A program made the position numbers and the translations under genes. Shown piece after piece: positions 13,198 to 23,766 of a stretch of 64,000 nt of DNA. Source of the stretch: Rebecca billardiae RCC1528 (lineage: Eukaryota > Protista > Haptophyta); contig OZ251252.1 in NCBI GenBank assembly GCA_965240325.2, forward strand, positions 558,001 to 622,000. Reading direction: 5' to 3'. Every line of letters begins with the position of its first letter. Within the stretch, counting starts at the first letter, position 1. The notes beneath the pieces were generated by a model. It was given only the letters and a program-made list of their open reading frames with translations. It made no database searches and was not told the origin of the DNA.

Positions 13198-15234
13198 CTA
13201 CACTGGCTTCTCCCACGTGCTGACGCCCGTTTTGGAGTTGTAGTAGTACGTTCGGCCGTCAGGTGATGTGTACGGAGCCTGCGCAGCGCGGCCACGCGAA
13301 TGGGGCGGGCGCATTATTCGCGGCTCAGCGCCGGGGTTGCGCGCGCGCGCAGGGGGCGCGCCTGTCCGCGAGCGCCTCGCGAGCGGCGCGCAGCGGGGTT
13401 GGACCACGCGCGCACCCAGTCCGAACTGCCTCCTTGTCCGGCGGCGGCTGCCTGCTGCTGCGCCGCTGCAGACTGCGCGTGTGGTATCAGCTGCGGCTGG
13501 TGTCCACCCGCTGGCCGCGGCCCGGGCCCGAGCCCGCCACCGCCCGGCCCTGCAGAGGTCGAGACGCCGAACTGTGCGGCCTCGGCCGCACCTGCTTCGG
13601 GTTCGGGCTGTGGCAAGCCGGCGGCAGCTGCCTGCATGGCCTGCGCGCGCGCAGCGCACGCGCCGCACGCGCGGTGCGTGGAGGGGCGCGCCAGCTGCTC
13701 AGCCCGCGCGTCACCCCACGCGGCCCGCGCGCGGCGGGCTTGGCGGCGCGCGCCGCGCGCACGCGGTCGCGCGCGCACCAGCATCTGCTGCGCCTGCATC
13801 GTGGCGATGTGCTGCTGCGTCAACTGCTGCATCTGCGGCATTGGCGCCGGCTGCGGCTGCCCCGGCGCCTGTGGGCTCATGCCGCCGGCAGGCCCCGGGC
13901 CCGGCCCGACGGCCGCGCCTGCGGGCATGTGCCCTGGCGGCATGGCGCCCATGCTGCCGCCGAGCGCCATGGGCGGCGCCGCGCCCATCAGCCCGGGCGC
14001 GCAGACGCCCATGCCACCCATCTGCCCGGCGGCAGCCATCATGGCCGCGTGGTTGCCGTACGCTGCGGGGCCGAAGCCAGCCGCTCCAGGAAACATCGCC
14101 ACTCCCCCTGCGCAGCGCGCGCGCGCGCGCACGGTCGCGAGCAGCGGCACAGGGCAGCAGACCGCGTGGGCGCGGCGCTCAGCCGAGAGCCCGGCGCGTG
14201 CGCCGCTGCCGCCGACGCGCGCGTGGCGGCGGCGGCGTGCGACGCGCGCGCGCGCGCCGCGCACGCCGCCCGGCGCGCACGCCTCACCTAGAGGATGCAG
14301 GCCGTAAGCAGCCGCGGCTGCATACGGGTCTTGCCTCCCAAACCCCGGGAACGGCATGCCGTACCCCTGTGGGAACGCCCCCATGCCCACCATGCCGCCC
14401 GGCGCGCCGAGCATCACGCCTGGTGGTTGCCCCGGGCCTGTGGGGCCGATGGCGCTGCCACTCCCCGACCGCGCTCGCCGGCCTCGTCCGCTGCCCGGCG
14501 AGTCGGCGATGCGCACAACGAGCGGCTCCGAGGCTCCACTCGGCACGAACTTGCCATGGACCGCCAGGATCGCGGCGTTGGCGTCCTCGTGGCGCGCATA
14601 GCGGACAAAGCAACACGCCCTGCACGCGCGCGCGCCGCGCGCGCCATCGGGTTGGCGCGCCCTCGCGCGCGTGAGACGCAGCCGGGATGGGCGCGGCGCG
14701 CCTGTGGCTGCGCCGCGGCTGCGCCGAGCGCGTACATGCCCGATCTGCTCCCGCCGCGCATCAGAAAGACCTCCTCCACCTCGCCATGGGGCTCGAAGAT
14801 CTGCGCGCGCGCGCGCGCTCGCGGCGGCTCGTCAGCGGAGGCGCAGTTGGCGCACGCCGCAGCCAGCATGTCTGCCGCGCCAAGCATGCGCACAGCTCGG
14901 CCGGTCGAGCGGTCCGCGCGTGGGCGCAGAAGCGCGACAGGGCCCGCCGGCCCGGCGTGCATTGCACGACTGTAGCTGCCATCCTCTCCACCGCAGTGCC
15001 GCGCCGTTGGGGCGCGCACTCGAGCGCAGGCCGCCATCGGACGGGCGCAGCGCGCACTTGTCTGATGTCCTCCTCTGTGGAGCCGGGAGGCAGCCCTGCG
15101 CGCGGTGCAGGGCAAGTCGGACGTGCAGGGCGCGGATGTGAGCGGCAGGTGGCCTCAATGATGCGTCCAAGCACGCTCGGTAGCGCGCAGCGCGCACCGC
15201 CGACGAAGAGCTTTGCCTCCTGCCCCTGCTGCAT
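13198..15234 (-). CDS. RRM + C-terminal WW domain RNA-binding protein (FCA/CELF-like), ~7 exons
   Basis: Manually spliced with GT-AG introns: MQQGQEAKLFVGG|LPPGSTEEDIRQ|IFEPHGEVEEVFLMRGGSRSGM|ACCFVRYARHEDANAAILAVHG...EPLVVRIAD (RRM). A Gly/Pro/Met/Gln-rich linker follows, then W|APYTSPDGRTYYYNSKTGVSTWEKP (WW). Confidence 0.88.
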
Positions 15235-17039
15235 AGACCCGCGGGCCCTAGGCGAGCGGAGGCATCCGGCCGCGGGCGGGACCCCGCGTTCGCCCTGCGT
15301 TTGCAAAACTGTAATTTGGCCAAGACCATAGTTAGCGTGCGCCATGTGGCACCCATGCGGCACTGGCACTTCGAACGCGTTTGGACCAATCAGAGCCCCG
15401 CATTTCGAGGCAGCCTGTGTGGAGCCCACGTCGGACGGCCGCGGCCCGCTCGGTGCGGAGCGTGGCTTCGCCGGCATGTGGTGGCGGCAGATGGCCGGCA
15501 GCGCTGCACCGAGGCGGCCCAGCGGACTGGGCGGCGCTGGACCTCGCGTCGACACCGCGGCAGGGCTCATGGTCGGGCTCACACGCTCGCCCAGGCCGCG
15601 CGCGGCCCCGCAGGCCGTTGCGTATGCACACGTTTGAGCCTGCTCACGGTTCAGCCTTGCAAACGGGCGCGCGGGCGCAGACTTAATTAAGTCGCGCACA
15701 AAAATAATTAGCTCGGTCATCATGAAGGGTATCTTGACCAGTATCCCTGATTCCCTGCCGCCAGGTATTGGGATTGCCCACATAAGCAAACGTATTCGTC
15801 AGCATGCAAGCGCCATTATTCACCGACTCGTTTTGCATATGGCGCGCATAGCAACCAAACGGTACATTGTGAGCCAGGACAGTTGTCAACATTTCAAAAC
15901 AAACCACCGTATCAATATCAATCAGATGGATTGCGACCAGGATTGTATACAGCCTTGGTTCGAGCTCCGACAATCGAACCGTTGCGGATAACCATTCATT
16001 CGAATGATCGATGAGCTGGCGGTATTTTTCGACAGATTTTCCTACCGTCGTCCGGACTCGTAAGCTCGCGGTGGTTTGCCGTTTGCCGAGTTGCCGGTGG
16101 CCAGGGTCCGGCTGAAATTGAACACTGGCGAGGCGACCGGTGCGCAGCGGTCAGAGGGAGCACGGCCGAACTCGGACTCGTGTGAAGGTCCCTCCCACTG
16201 GGACCTTCACACGTCTCGAGGGACCTTCACACGTTCGACGAGTGAAGGTCCCTCCGCTGGCGCCGCCCGTTGGCGCTGGATGGGATGGCCGCGTGCGTGC
16301 GCGAGCGCCCGCCTCGCGTCGCGCGCCCCGCGCGCAGAGCGCGCGCTCGGCCGCGCGCGACGCGGCGAAGTCGAGGCTGACATGCCCCTGGCCCACTTCG
16401 CGCCGCGCAACGCCGCCCACGCCCATCGCCGCTCGCACGCGCAGGCCTGCCGCGCACGGCTTGGGCTTTTCAGCACAGGCTGGCGGCGGCGCGCCGGGCC
16501 GAGGGCTCGGCCGGTGTTGTGCCCCTCGGCCAGGCCGAGACTTGGCGGAGGCGCGGGTAGTGCCATCGCCTGCCCAGATCCCGGGCCTCGCCGTCAGAGT
16601 GTGCACGCGAGGCGCGCTGTCGTGGTCGACAGGTGAGGCGCCGCGTGCTCGCCCTCGAGCGGGCGGCGGACATACCGGCAGGCGCGCGCGCACACAGCGG
16701 GGCTGTCGAGCTGCTTCCGGCTGGTTAGATCGACGGCGCATGCCCTGGCCCTGGTCTGGGAGGCGTGCGCGGGTTCGGAGGCCGGTGAACGCTCGGCGCG
16801 GACCCACGTGTCTTGCCGGGCACGGTTGCGCGACAGCTCTGCAGCCAGTCTCGAGGCTGAGTGGCATCAGAGCGCTTGCCGGCGTGCTGGCGGGCTCAGC
16901 CGCCGGGCCGATGCCCACGCCTTGGCCGGGATGCGACCGGCCTCCGCGTCCTCCGCAGCCGCCTGGAGCCGTCGACCCGCTGCCCACGGCCCGCGGCCGG
17001 CAGGCCGCTTGGCGGATGGCCAGAGGAGCAGGCGGCCGA

Positions 17040-17720
17040 GCCGGCTGGGCGGCAGCGAGGGTGGTGGGGATGGAGGCGGGCTCGGCGGCGGAGGCGGCGG
17101 AGGCGGGCTTGATAGCGGGCTCGGCGGCGGCGAGGATAGCAGGTTCAGTGCTGGCGATGACGGTGGGCTTGGCGGTGAGCTCGGCGGTGGCTGACGTGGC
17201 AGACTTGGCGGTGGGATCGGCTGCCGGCGGCTTGGTGGCAGCGGAGGCGGCGGCGACGGGATCGAGCTCGGCGGCGTGGTCGGAGGCGGTGCTGATGGCG
17301 GCGATGATGCTAGCGGGCTTGTTGGCGGCGATGTAGGCAGCGACGGCTGCGGGCTCAGCGGCGGGCTTTGTGGCGGCGATGTAGGCGTTGATGACGGTGG
17401 TGGGCTCAGCGGCGGGGTCGGTAGCGGCGACGGCAGCGGCAGGCTCGAGGTGGGCTTGGTGGCGGTGATGGCGGCCGGGCTCGGCTATGGACTTTGCGGC
17501 GGTGGGCTCGGGGGCGGAGTCGGTGGCGGCGAAGGTGGCGAACCCAGCGCTAGGCTTGGCGCTGGGGTGGAGGAGACGGGCTTGGTTGTCCGTGGTGGGC
17601 TTGGTGGCGGCGATTTGGCGATGATGGCTGTGAGCGGCGGAGTGGCCGTGAGCTCGGCAGAGGTGACGGTGGCTCGGGAACGGTGGCTGGCTCGGCGGCG
17701 GCTTCGGCGGCCGCGACGGA
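17040..17720 (-). pseudogene. Degraded Pro-rich (PPSPP) coding fragment inside the TIR element
   Basis: The minus strand reads e.g. PPPSPLSSPPPPPPPPSPPPSPP, and the reading frame is broken. Confidence 0.55.
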
Positions 17721-18811
17721 GACGGGCTGTGAGGCGGCTAGGGCGGTGGTGTGGGATGGGATTACTGCGTCACTGTTGCCCTCGGTCAGAGCTTGGCGGG
17801 GACACAGCGCGGCCAAGCTCCGGGCGTTGGCGCTGCCGCCAGGTCGGCCGCAGGCCACCCACTCGTCGGCAAAGCTTGGGCGGCAGCGATGCCCAGACAT
17901 GAAGGAGGGCACTGCGGGATCGCTGCGTCACCTCGGGAAGGCTGAGTCCATGAGAGAGATGATCGGCACTGCCCCGTCTGGTGGAGTTCGATGAGCTGAC
18001 TTAGACTACTTTTGCGACCGTAGGCTGCTGCTCGGCCTTGTCAGAGTCGACATCCGACCTAGCGCCAGCGCGGCGCAGTACGTATCGATTGAGTCATTGC
18101 GCGGACCAGCAGCATGAGACGTCATCGCGACTCGGAGTTCGTCACGTGCCACTCAACCGCGTCCGACCCGCCCCACTGCCACCTTGGGCAGGCGCCTGCA
18201 GACGATACGGCGGGCCAGCATCATAAGCTGCGCTCCTGCTGAGTGCTGGCTGATGATGACTGCGTCAGACGACTGCGCATTGCAGCCGCAGCCATACCGT
18301 ACATACGCTCTCAGCGGGACTACGCGCGAGTTGTTCTGCCTTCTAGCGGTGCCGGCACGTGGCGCGACGATTCTGGCGTCATTATCACTTGACGACTCGA
18401 CTGATCACGACGAGTGGCCCTTCTCAAGCAAGTGCAGCAGCATTAGAAGTATAGCCTACACTCGTCCGTCGTCGTCTGGTTCCCCTGAGAAGTCTTCTGG
18501 AATGCATCAGCGACATGCTCCCGCAGCCTGGTCAGTGGTCCAAGCCAGTCACATCCGGCAGCCTGACATCATCCCACATGCCGCGTGGGCAGAGAGGCGC
18601 GCTATGCCCACGCGACTGGCTTCCTAGAAGCTGCCGTGACGGAACGAGTGTCAGCAGTGGACCGCCGGCCGGTGCCGCGCGCCGCACCGCCGGGCCCAAT
18701 GGCAACGAACACCCGGTGGCCGGCGGTGCGGCCCTAGGCTAGTGCGGCGGATCTATCGCGTATAGAACGACCGGCCGTGACGCGCTCTGCACCACGTACA
18801 TTCAGACGCGG

Positions 18812-20451
18812 CAATGAGCAGCATGCACCACCGTCCGGCCGTCTCAGGTCGCTGTCGTCGGCAGCCAGCCGGTGCCGGGCACGGTGGCGCCGGGCGCTCG
18901 TAGCTGAAGGACCGCGATCAAGGATTGATTGCCAAGTCGTCAGCCGACGACTGGGAAGTTGAGCCTGATGCTGCCCGCTGCCGGTTCGCGGGACGAATGA
19001 CGAGCAGCCTATGGCCCGTGAACCTGCTTCAGCTCCTAGAACTCTTCCAGACGTGGTGAGGATATCCCTCACGAACTCAGCCCTCTCGCGCTGACGCAGC
19101 GCGTCTTGCGGCCTGCTGCGTGCCGCGAGCTATCGGACAGCGCGGCCCGCCGGCCGCGGGCCTTGGGCGGCGGGTCGACGGCTCCAGGCGGCTGCGGAGG
19201 ACGCGGGGGCCGGTCGCATCCCGGCCAAGGCGTGGGCATCGGCTCGGCGGTTGGGCCCGTCAGCACGCCGGCAAGCGCTCTGATGCCACTCGAGACTGGC
19301 TGCCGAGCTGTCGCGCAACCGTGCCCGGCAAGACACGTGGGTCCGCGCCGAGCGTTCACCGGCCTCCGAACCCGCGCACGCCTACCAGCCCAGGGCCAGG
19401 GCACGCGCCGTCGATCTAACCAGCCGCAAGCAGCTCGACAGCCCCGCTGTGTGCGCGCGCGCCTGCCGGTCCGTCTGCTGCCCGCTCGAGGGCGAGCACG
19501 CGGCGCCTCACCTGTCGACCACGACAGCGCGCCTCGCGTGCACACTCTGATGGCGAGGCCCGGGATCTGGGCAGGCGATGGCACTACCCGCGCCTCCGCC
19601 AAGTCTCGGCCTGGCCGAGCCTGCCACAACGAGCAGCATGCACCACAGTCCGGCCGTCTCAGGTCACTGTCGTCGGCAGCCAGCATTCGCCGGGCGCGAT
19701 GGCGCCGGACGCTCGCGCGCGATCAAGGATTGATTGCCATCAAGTCGTCAGCCGTCGACTGGGAAGCTGAGCCTGATGCTGCCCGCTGCCGGGTCGCGGG
19801 ACGAATAACGAGCAGCCTACGGTCCGTGAACCTGCGTTAGCTCCTAGAACGCTTTCAGACGTGGTGAGGATCTCCCTCACGACCTCAGCCCTCTCGCGCT
19901 GACGCAGCGCGTCCGCTGCCACTCTACGGCCCTGCTTCCTGCTGCGTGCCGCGAGCTCTCGGACAGCCCGGCCCGCCGGCCGCGGGCCGTGGGCAGCGGG
20001 TCGACGGCTCCAGGCGGCTGCGGAGGACGCGGAGGCCGGTCGCATCCCGGCCAAGGCGTGGGCATCGGCCCGGCGGCTGAGCCCGCCAGCACGCCGGCAA
20101 GCGCTCTGATGCCACTCAGCCTCGAGACTGGCTGCAGAGCTGTCGCGCAACCGTGCCCGGCAAGACACGTGGGTCCGCGCCGAGCGTTCACCGGCCTCCG
20201 AACCCGCGCACGCCTCCCAGACCAGGGCCAGGGCATGCGCCGTCGATCTAACCAGCCGGAAGCAGCTCGACAGCCCCGCTGTGTGCGCGCGCGCCTGCCG
20301 GTATGTCCGCCGCCCGCTCGAGGGCGAGCACGCGGCGCCTCACCTGTCGACCACGACAGCGCGCCTCGCGTGCACACTCTGACGGCGAGGCCCGGGATCT
20401 GGGCAGGCGATGGCACTACCCGCGCCTCCGCCAAGTCTCGGCCTGGCCGAG
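18812..20451 (+). repeat. Internal ~815-bp tandem duplication that includes the inner part of the right TIR
   Basis: 18812-19619 aligns with 19627-20451 (GAGCAGCATGCACCAC...CTGGCCGAG) with scattered substitutions and indels. Confidence 0.85.
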
Positions 20452-20841
20452 GGGCACAACACCGGCCGAGCCCTCGGCCCGGCGCGCCGCCGCCAGCCTG
20501 TGCTGAAAAGCCCAAGCCGTGCGCGGCAGGCCTGCGCGTGCGAGCGGCGATGGGCGTGGGCGGCGTTGCGCGGCGCGAAGTGGGCCAGGGGCATGTCAGC
20601 CTCGACTTCGCCGCGTCGCGCGCGGCCGAGCGCGCGCTCTGCGCGCGGGGCGCGCGACGCGAGGCGGGCGCTCGCGCACGCACGCGGCCATCCCATCCAG
20701 CGCCAACGGGCGGCGCCAGCGGAGGGACCTTCACTCGTCGAACGTGTGAAGGTCCCTCGAGACGTGTGAAGGTCCCAGTGGGAGGGACCTTCACACGAGT
20801 CCGAGTTCGGCCGTGCTCCCTCGGTCACTGCCACGACAGTC

Positions 20842-22388
20842 ATGCTCATGCTGCGGCGCGTGTGGGCGAGCGTGTCGCGCCTCGTGCGCAAGGTCACGCC
20901 GCCGTCGCTCGCCGACTGGTTGCTGCAGGAGGGTGCCATCCTCTTCGCATACGTCCTCGTCGGCGTGATCGTGTACAATGTCATCGAGCGCTGGACGCCA
21001 CTGGACGCGATATATTTTATGATTGTGCGTGCGCGCGCGCGCGCGCGCGTAAGCGGCGCGCCCGCCGCCCGCGCGAGGCGGTGCCTGACGGGCGAGGACG
21101 GCGCGCGCGCTGGACGATCGTGCAGGTGACGAGCACGACCGTCGGCTACGGCGACATCTCCCCGGAGGACGAGGGCGGCCGCCTCTTCACGTGCGTGTAT
21201 GCGCTCCTCGGCATCACTGTCGTGATCAACGCGATCGTGCCCTGCCTCTCGTGGTTCGCGGTGGTGCGCGGCGTGATCGAGCAGCACGTGATCGACCCGC
21301 TCGCCGTCCGGCTCGGGGTCAAGGAAGCGGACAGCCTCGCGCTCGACGCCGCCGTCGAGGCGCAGGGTACACGCTCGGACGCGGCGCGGTACTCCAAGGC
21401 GCTGATCGGGCCGTTCGTGTCGCTGCTGCTCGGCTTCGTCATCGGCATGCTCGTGATGGGGTGTGGCGCGAGCGCCTGCCCGCCTCGCGCGCAGCGCGCG
21501 CGCTCACGCGCTCCGCCCGTGTCGCGCCGCCGCGCCGCCCGGCTCCTCCGCCGCCGCAGGTACGGCTGGCACAACGCGCTGTACTGGGCCATCATCACCA
21601 TGACGACCGTTGGCTACGGCGACCTGTACCCGACGACGTGGTACGAGAAGCTGATCGCGATCGTGTACCTGCCGCTCGCCGTGACGGCCCTCGCCGACGC
21701 GATCTCGGAGATCTCGTCCATCCGGGTGCGCGGCCGCATCCGCACGGCCAACTACCTCGCGCGCGTCGACGAGCTGCTGCTCGAGGAGTGCCGCGGCGAC
21801 CCGGCCGAGACGCTGACCGAGGCCGAGTTCCTCGTGTCCGTGCTCAAGGCGCACGACCTGGTGGACGAGGCGACGCTCGTGGCGATCCGGCGGCAGTTCC
21901 GCGCGCTCACGCGGCACTACGGCTGGTCGGCCGCCGACGCCAGGCAGCTCGACGCGCGCATGGTCTTTGCCGAGCTCGTGCAGCAAGGGCGGATCCAGCA
22001 GCGGCCGGACGATGGGCCGCTCCTCCCGCCGCCGGCCGGTCGGGGCGCCAAGCCAGTCGCGGAGCAAGTCGACATTCGCAGCGACGACTTTGGCTTCAGC
22101 GAGTGGCACCAGCGATACTGGCTGCCACGAGTGCTCGCGCACCCGCGCGCCCGCAAGCGGGCGGGCGCGCCCGCGGACGACTCGTCCACCTCCGAACGAC
22201 GACGCTTCAGCGTGCTCGCCGCTGGCTCGTCGCCGATGAGCATGGTTGGCTTCACCGTCAGGCCGCCGACCGCCGCAGAACCCGCAGCGGCCGCGGCCGC
22301 GGCCGCTGGTGCCGCGCCCGCAGATGCCGACGCCGACGCCGAAGCAGGCGGGCGTGCAGAAACGACGGGAGGCGCGACGATGCACTGA
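20842..22388 (+). CDS. Two-pore-domain potassium channel (TPK/KCO-like), 3 exons
   Basis: Two pore loops, TTVGYGDISP and TTVGYGDLYP, with flanking TMs. Introns 21025-21125 and 21461-21559 give a continuous frame. The C-terminus has a TPK-like EF-hand-type region (TLTEAEFLV...IRRQFRAL). Confidence 0.9.
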
Positions 22389-22804
22389 GGCTGTCTGACT
22401 GCTGACTCGCGCTGGCAGCGCGCCCGGACCAGATCACCAGTGATGGCATCAGAGGCCACTGGTCGCAACGTCGTCTTTCGGATCCGCGCATCGCGGCATC
22501 GCGGCATTCGGCAGTCGGCGCGGCGCTCGCGACCGATCGCGGGCGCGGCGCCCGGCGGCCGATCGCTGTCAGGCGGCGCCTCAGCGCGGAGTCGCCGGAT
22601 GTATGCTAGTTATGCCTATGCTGATGCCCGGATGGCGTCCGATGGCGATGGCGCGCTGACACGGTCGTGTCATCGTGCGTCTCGCGATCTTATTATATTC
22701 TTATTATTAGTAAATTCTCTAGCTAGCATTATGACGGTGTACCGTTGCAGCAGTATGAAGTAGTCAGATTCTACTATATTTCTATTTCTGCGGGCCGACC
22801 GCAG

Positions 22805-23124
22805 CAGTCCTCGACTCAGACTGGCACCGTTCCACAGGAGTCGCGGGTAAGTTTCGTATCCGCATCTACCCGCACGCCACCGGCGGAGGCACGATCTCAC
22901 TACTATCTCGGCAGCCCCAAGCCCCGAGCCCGGGCGGTACTCCGGCCCGTCCGGGGCTGACGCGCACCCAGGATCATCCGATGATGTGATATCCGCCCGC
23001 CTCGCCCGCTCGGCGCTCCGGGGCGCGCGGTCCCGTCAGGCTCAGCCCGCCTGGTCGCTTCCGGTGGACCTATCGCCCACACGCGCGGTAGGGAGCACCC
23101 ACGCTTCTTCCGTTCAGTCTAACA
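22805..23124 (+). mobile_element. Diverged solo LTR related to the 28006-29499 element, in opposite orientation
   Basis: Reverse complement of the TRIM LTR (CCACAGGAGTCGCGGGTAAG...GGGAGCACCCACGCTTCTTC...CAGTCTAACA). The left boundary is uncertain and no TSD was seen. Confidence 0.8.
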
Positions 23125-23600
23125 GTACTCGTCACTGCTGCCTCGTCGGTCGTGCGCCGGTCATCAATTCAGTAAATTATATATATATATATATATATAT
23201 ATTGTCTCTGCTGCTCGATCTGCTGCTACAGCTTGCTGACTCTGACGCCTGCCCGTTGCATACCACGTCGTTAATATATATTCAATATTTCATCGTCAGT
23301 CGTTTCCCGCGCCCGGAGAAGTTCCGATCGGCAATAATAAGTCTTCTCCCGCAGTTATTAAATATCAATATATATCTATATATCTATGTGTCTGTTGCAC
23401 TCTGAGCCTGACGCTTGTCCGATGCTGCCACGTCGTTAAATATATATATATTGATATTGACGCGACAGCAGATATTGTCATCGGGCCCGCGGGCCCGGCG
23501 CCGGGCGGGCCGGGGTCGCGTGCCTCACTCTCAGATTCGACTTCGTCACTAGTGTCATGATATGATTGATGATGAGGGACGACCCGGCGGCCGCCTGCGC

Positions 23601-23717
23601 CGCCTCCGTGCTTCAGGTCGCGGCCAGCACTCGGCTCAGCACCCGGCACACATCGTGGCAACGGGAGCTGGGCCGAATCCTCGTGCTTGCGGCGCGGCGA
23701 CCGTCATATGGGTGCGC
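23601..23717 (-). promoter_or_regulatory. Putative type II SECIS element with a long apical stem
   Basis: Minus strand: ATGAC(23707-23703)-GGTCGC pairs with GCGACC-TGAA(23615-23612), and GCC pairs with GGC. Unpaired AA at 23688-23687 is followed by GCAC/GTGC, TCGGC/GCCGA, CAGC/GCTG and CCCG/CGGG. It lies ~60 nt after the stop of the TGA-containing DsbA gene. Confidence 0.75.
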
Positions 23718-23766
23718 TGGCCCGTCGTGTACCCGGACTACCGGGCCTCTCATCGCTCGAGCGCGT

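Larger units (their letters stand above)
16154..20822. mobile_element. Non-autonomous DNA transposon / foldback-type element with 848-bp terminal inverted repeats and 5-bp TSD (GGTCA)
   Basis: 16154-17001 is the reverse complement of 19975-20822, with termini GAGGGAGCACGG...CCGTGCTCCCTC. GGTCA flanks both ends (16149-16153, 20823-20827). Subterminal GTGAAGGTCCC motifs are repeated. No transposase ORF recognised. Confidence 0.9.

Noticed and set aside
16076-17336. ORFs within the TIRs as a transposase
   Set aside because: No DDE or HTH motifs; they are mirrored only because the DNA is an inverted repeat.
19989-22388. 799-aa ORF as the K+ channel
   Set aside because: Its N-terminal part is TIR read-through. 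The real first TM and pore helix are in exon 20842-21024, in another frame.
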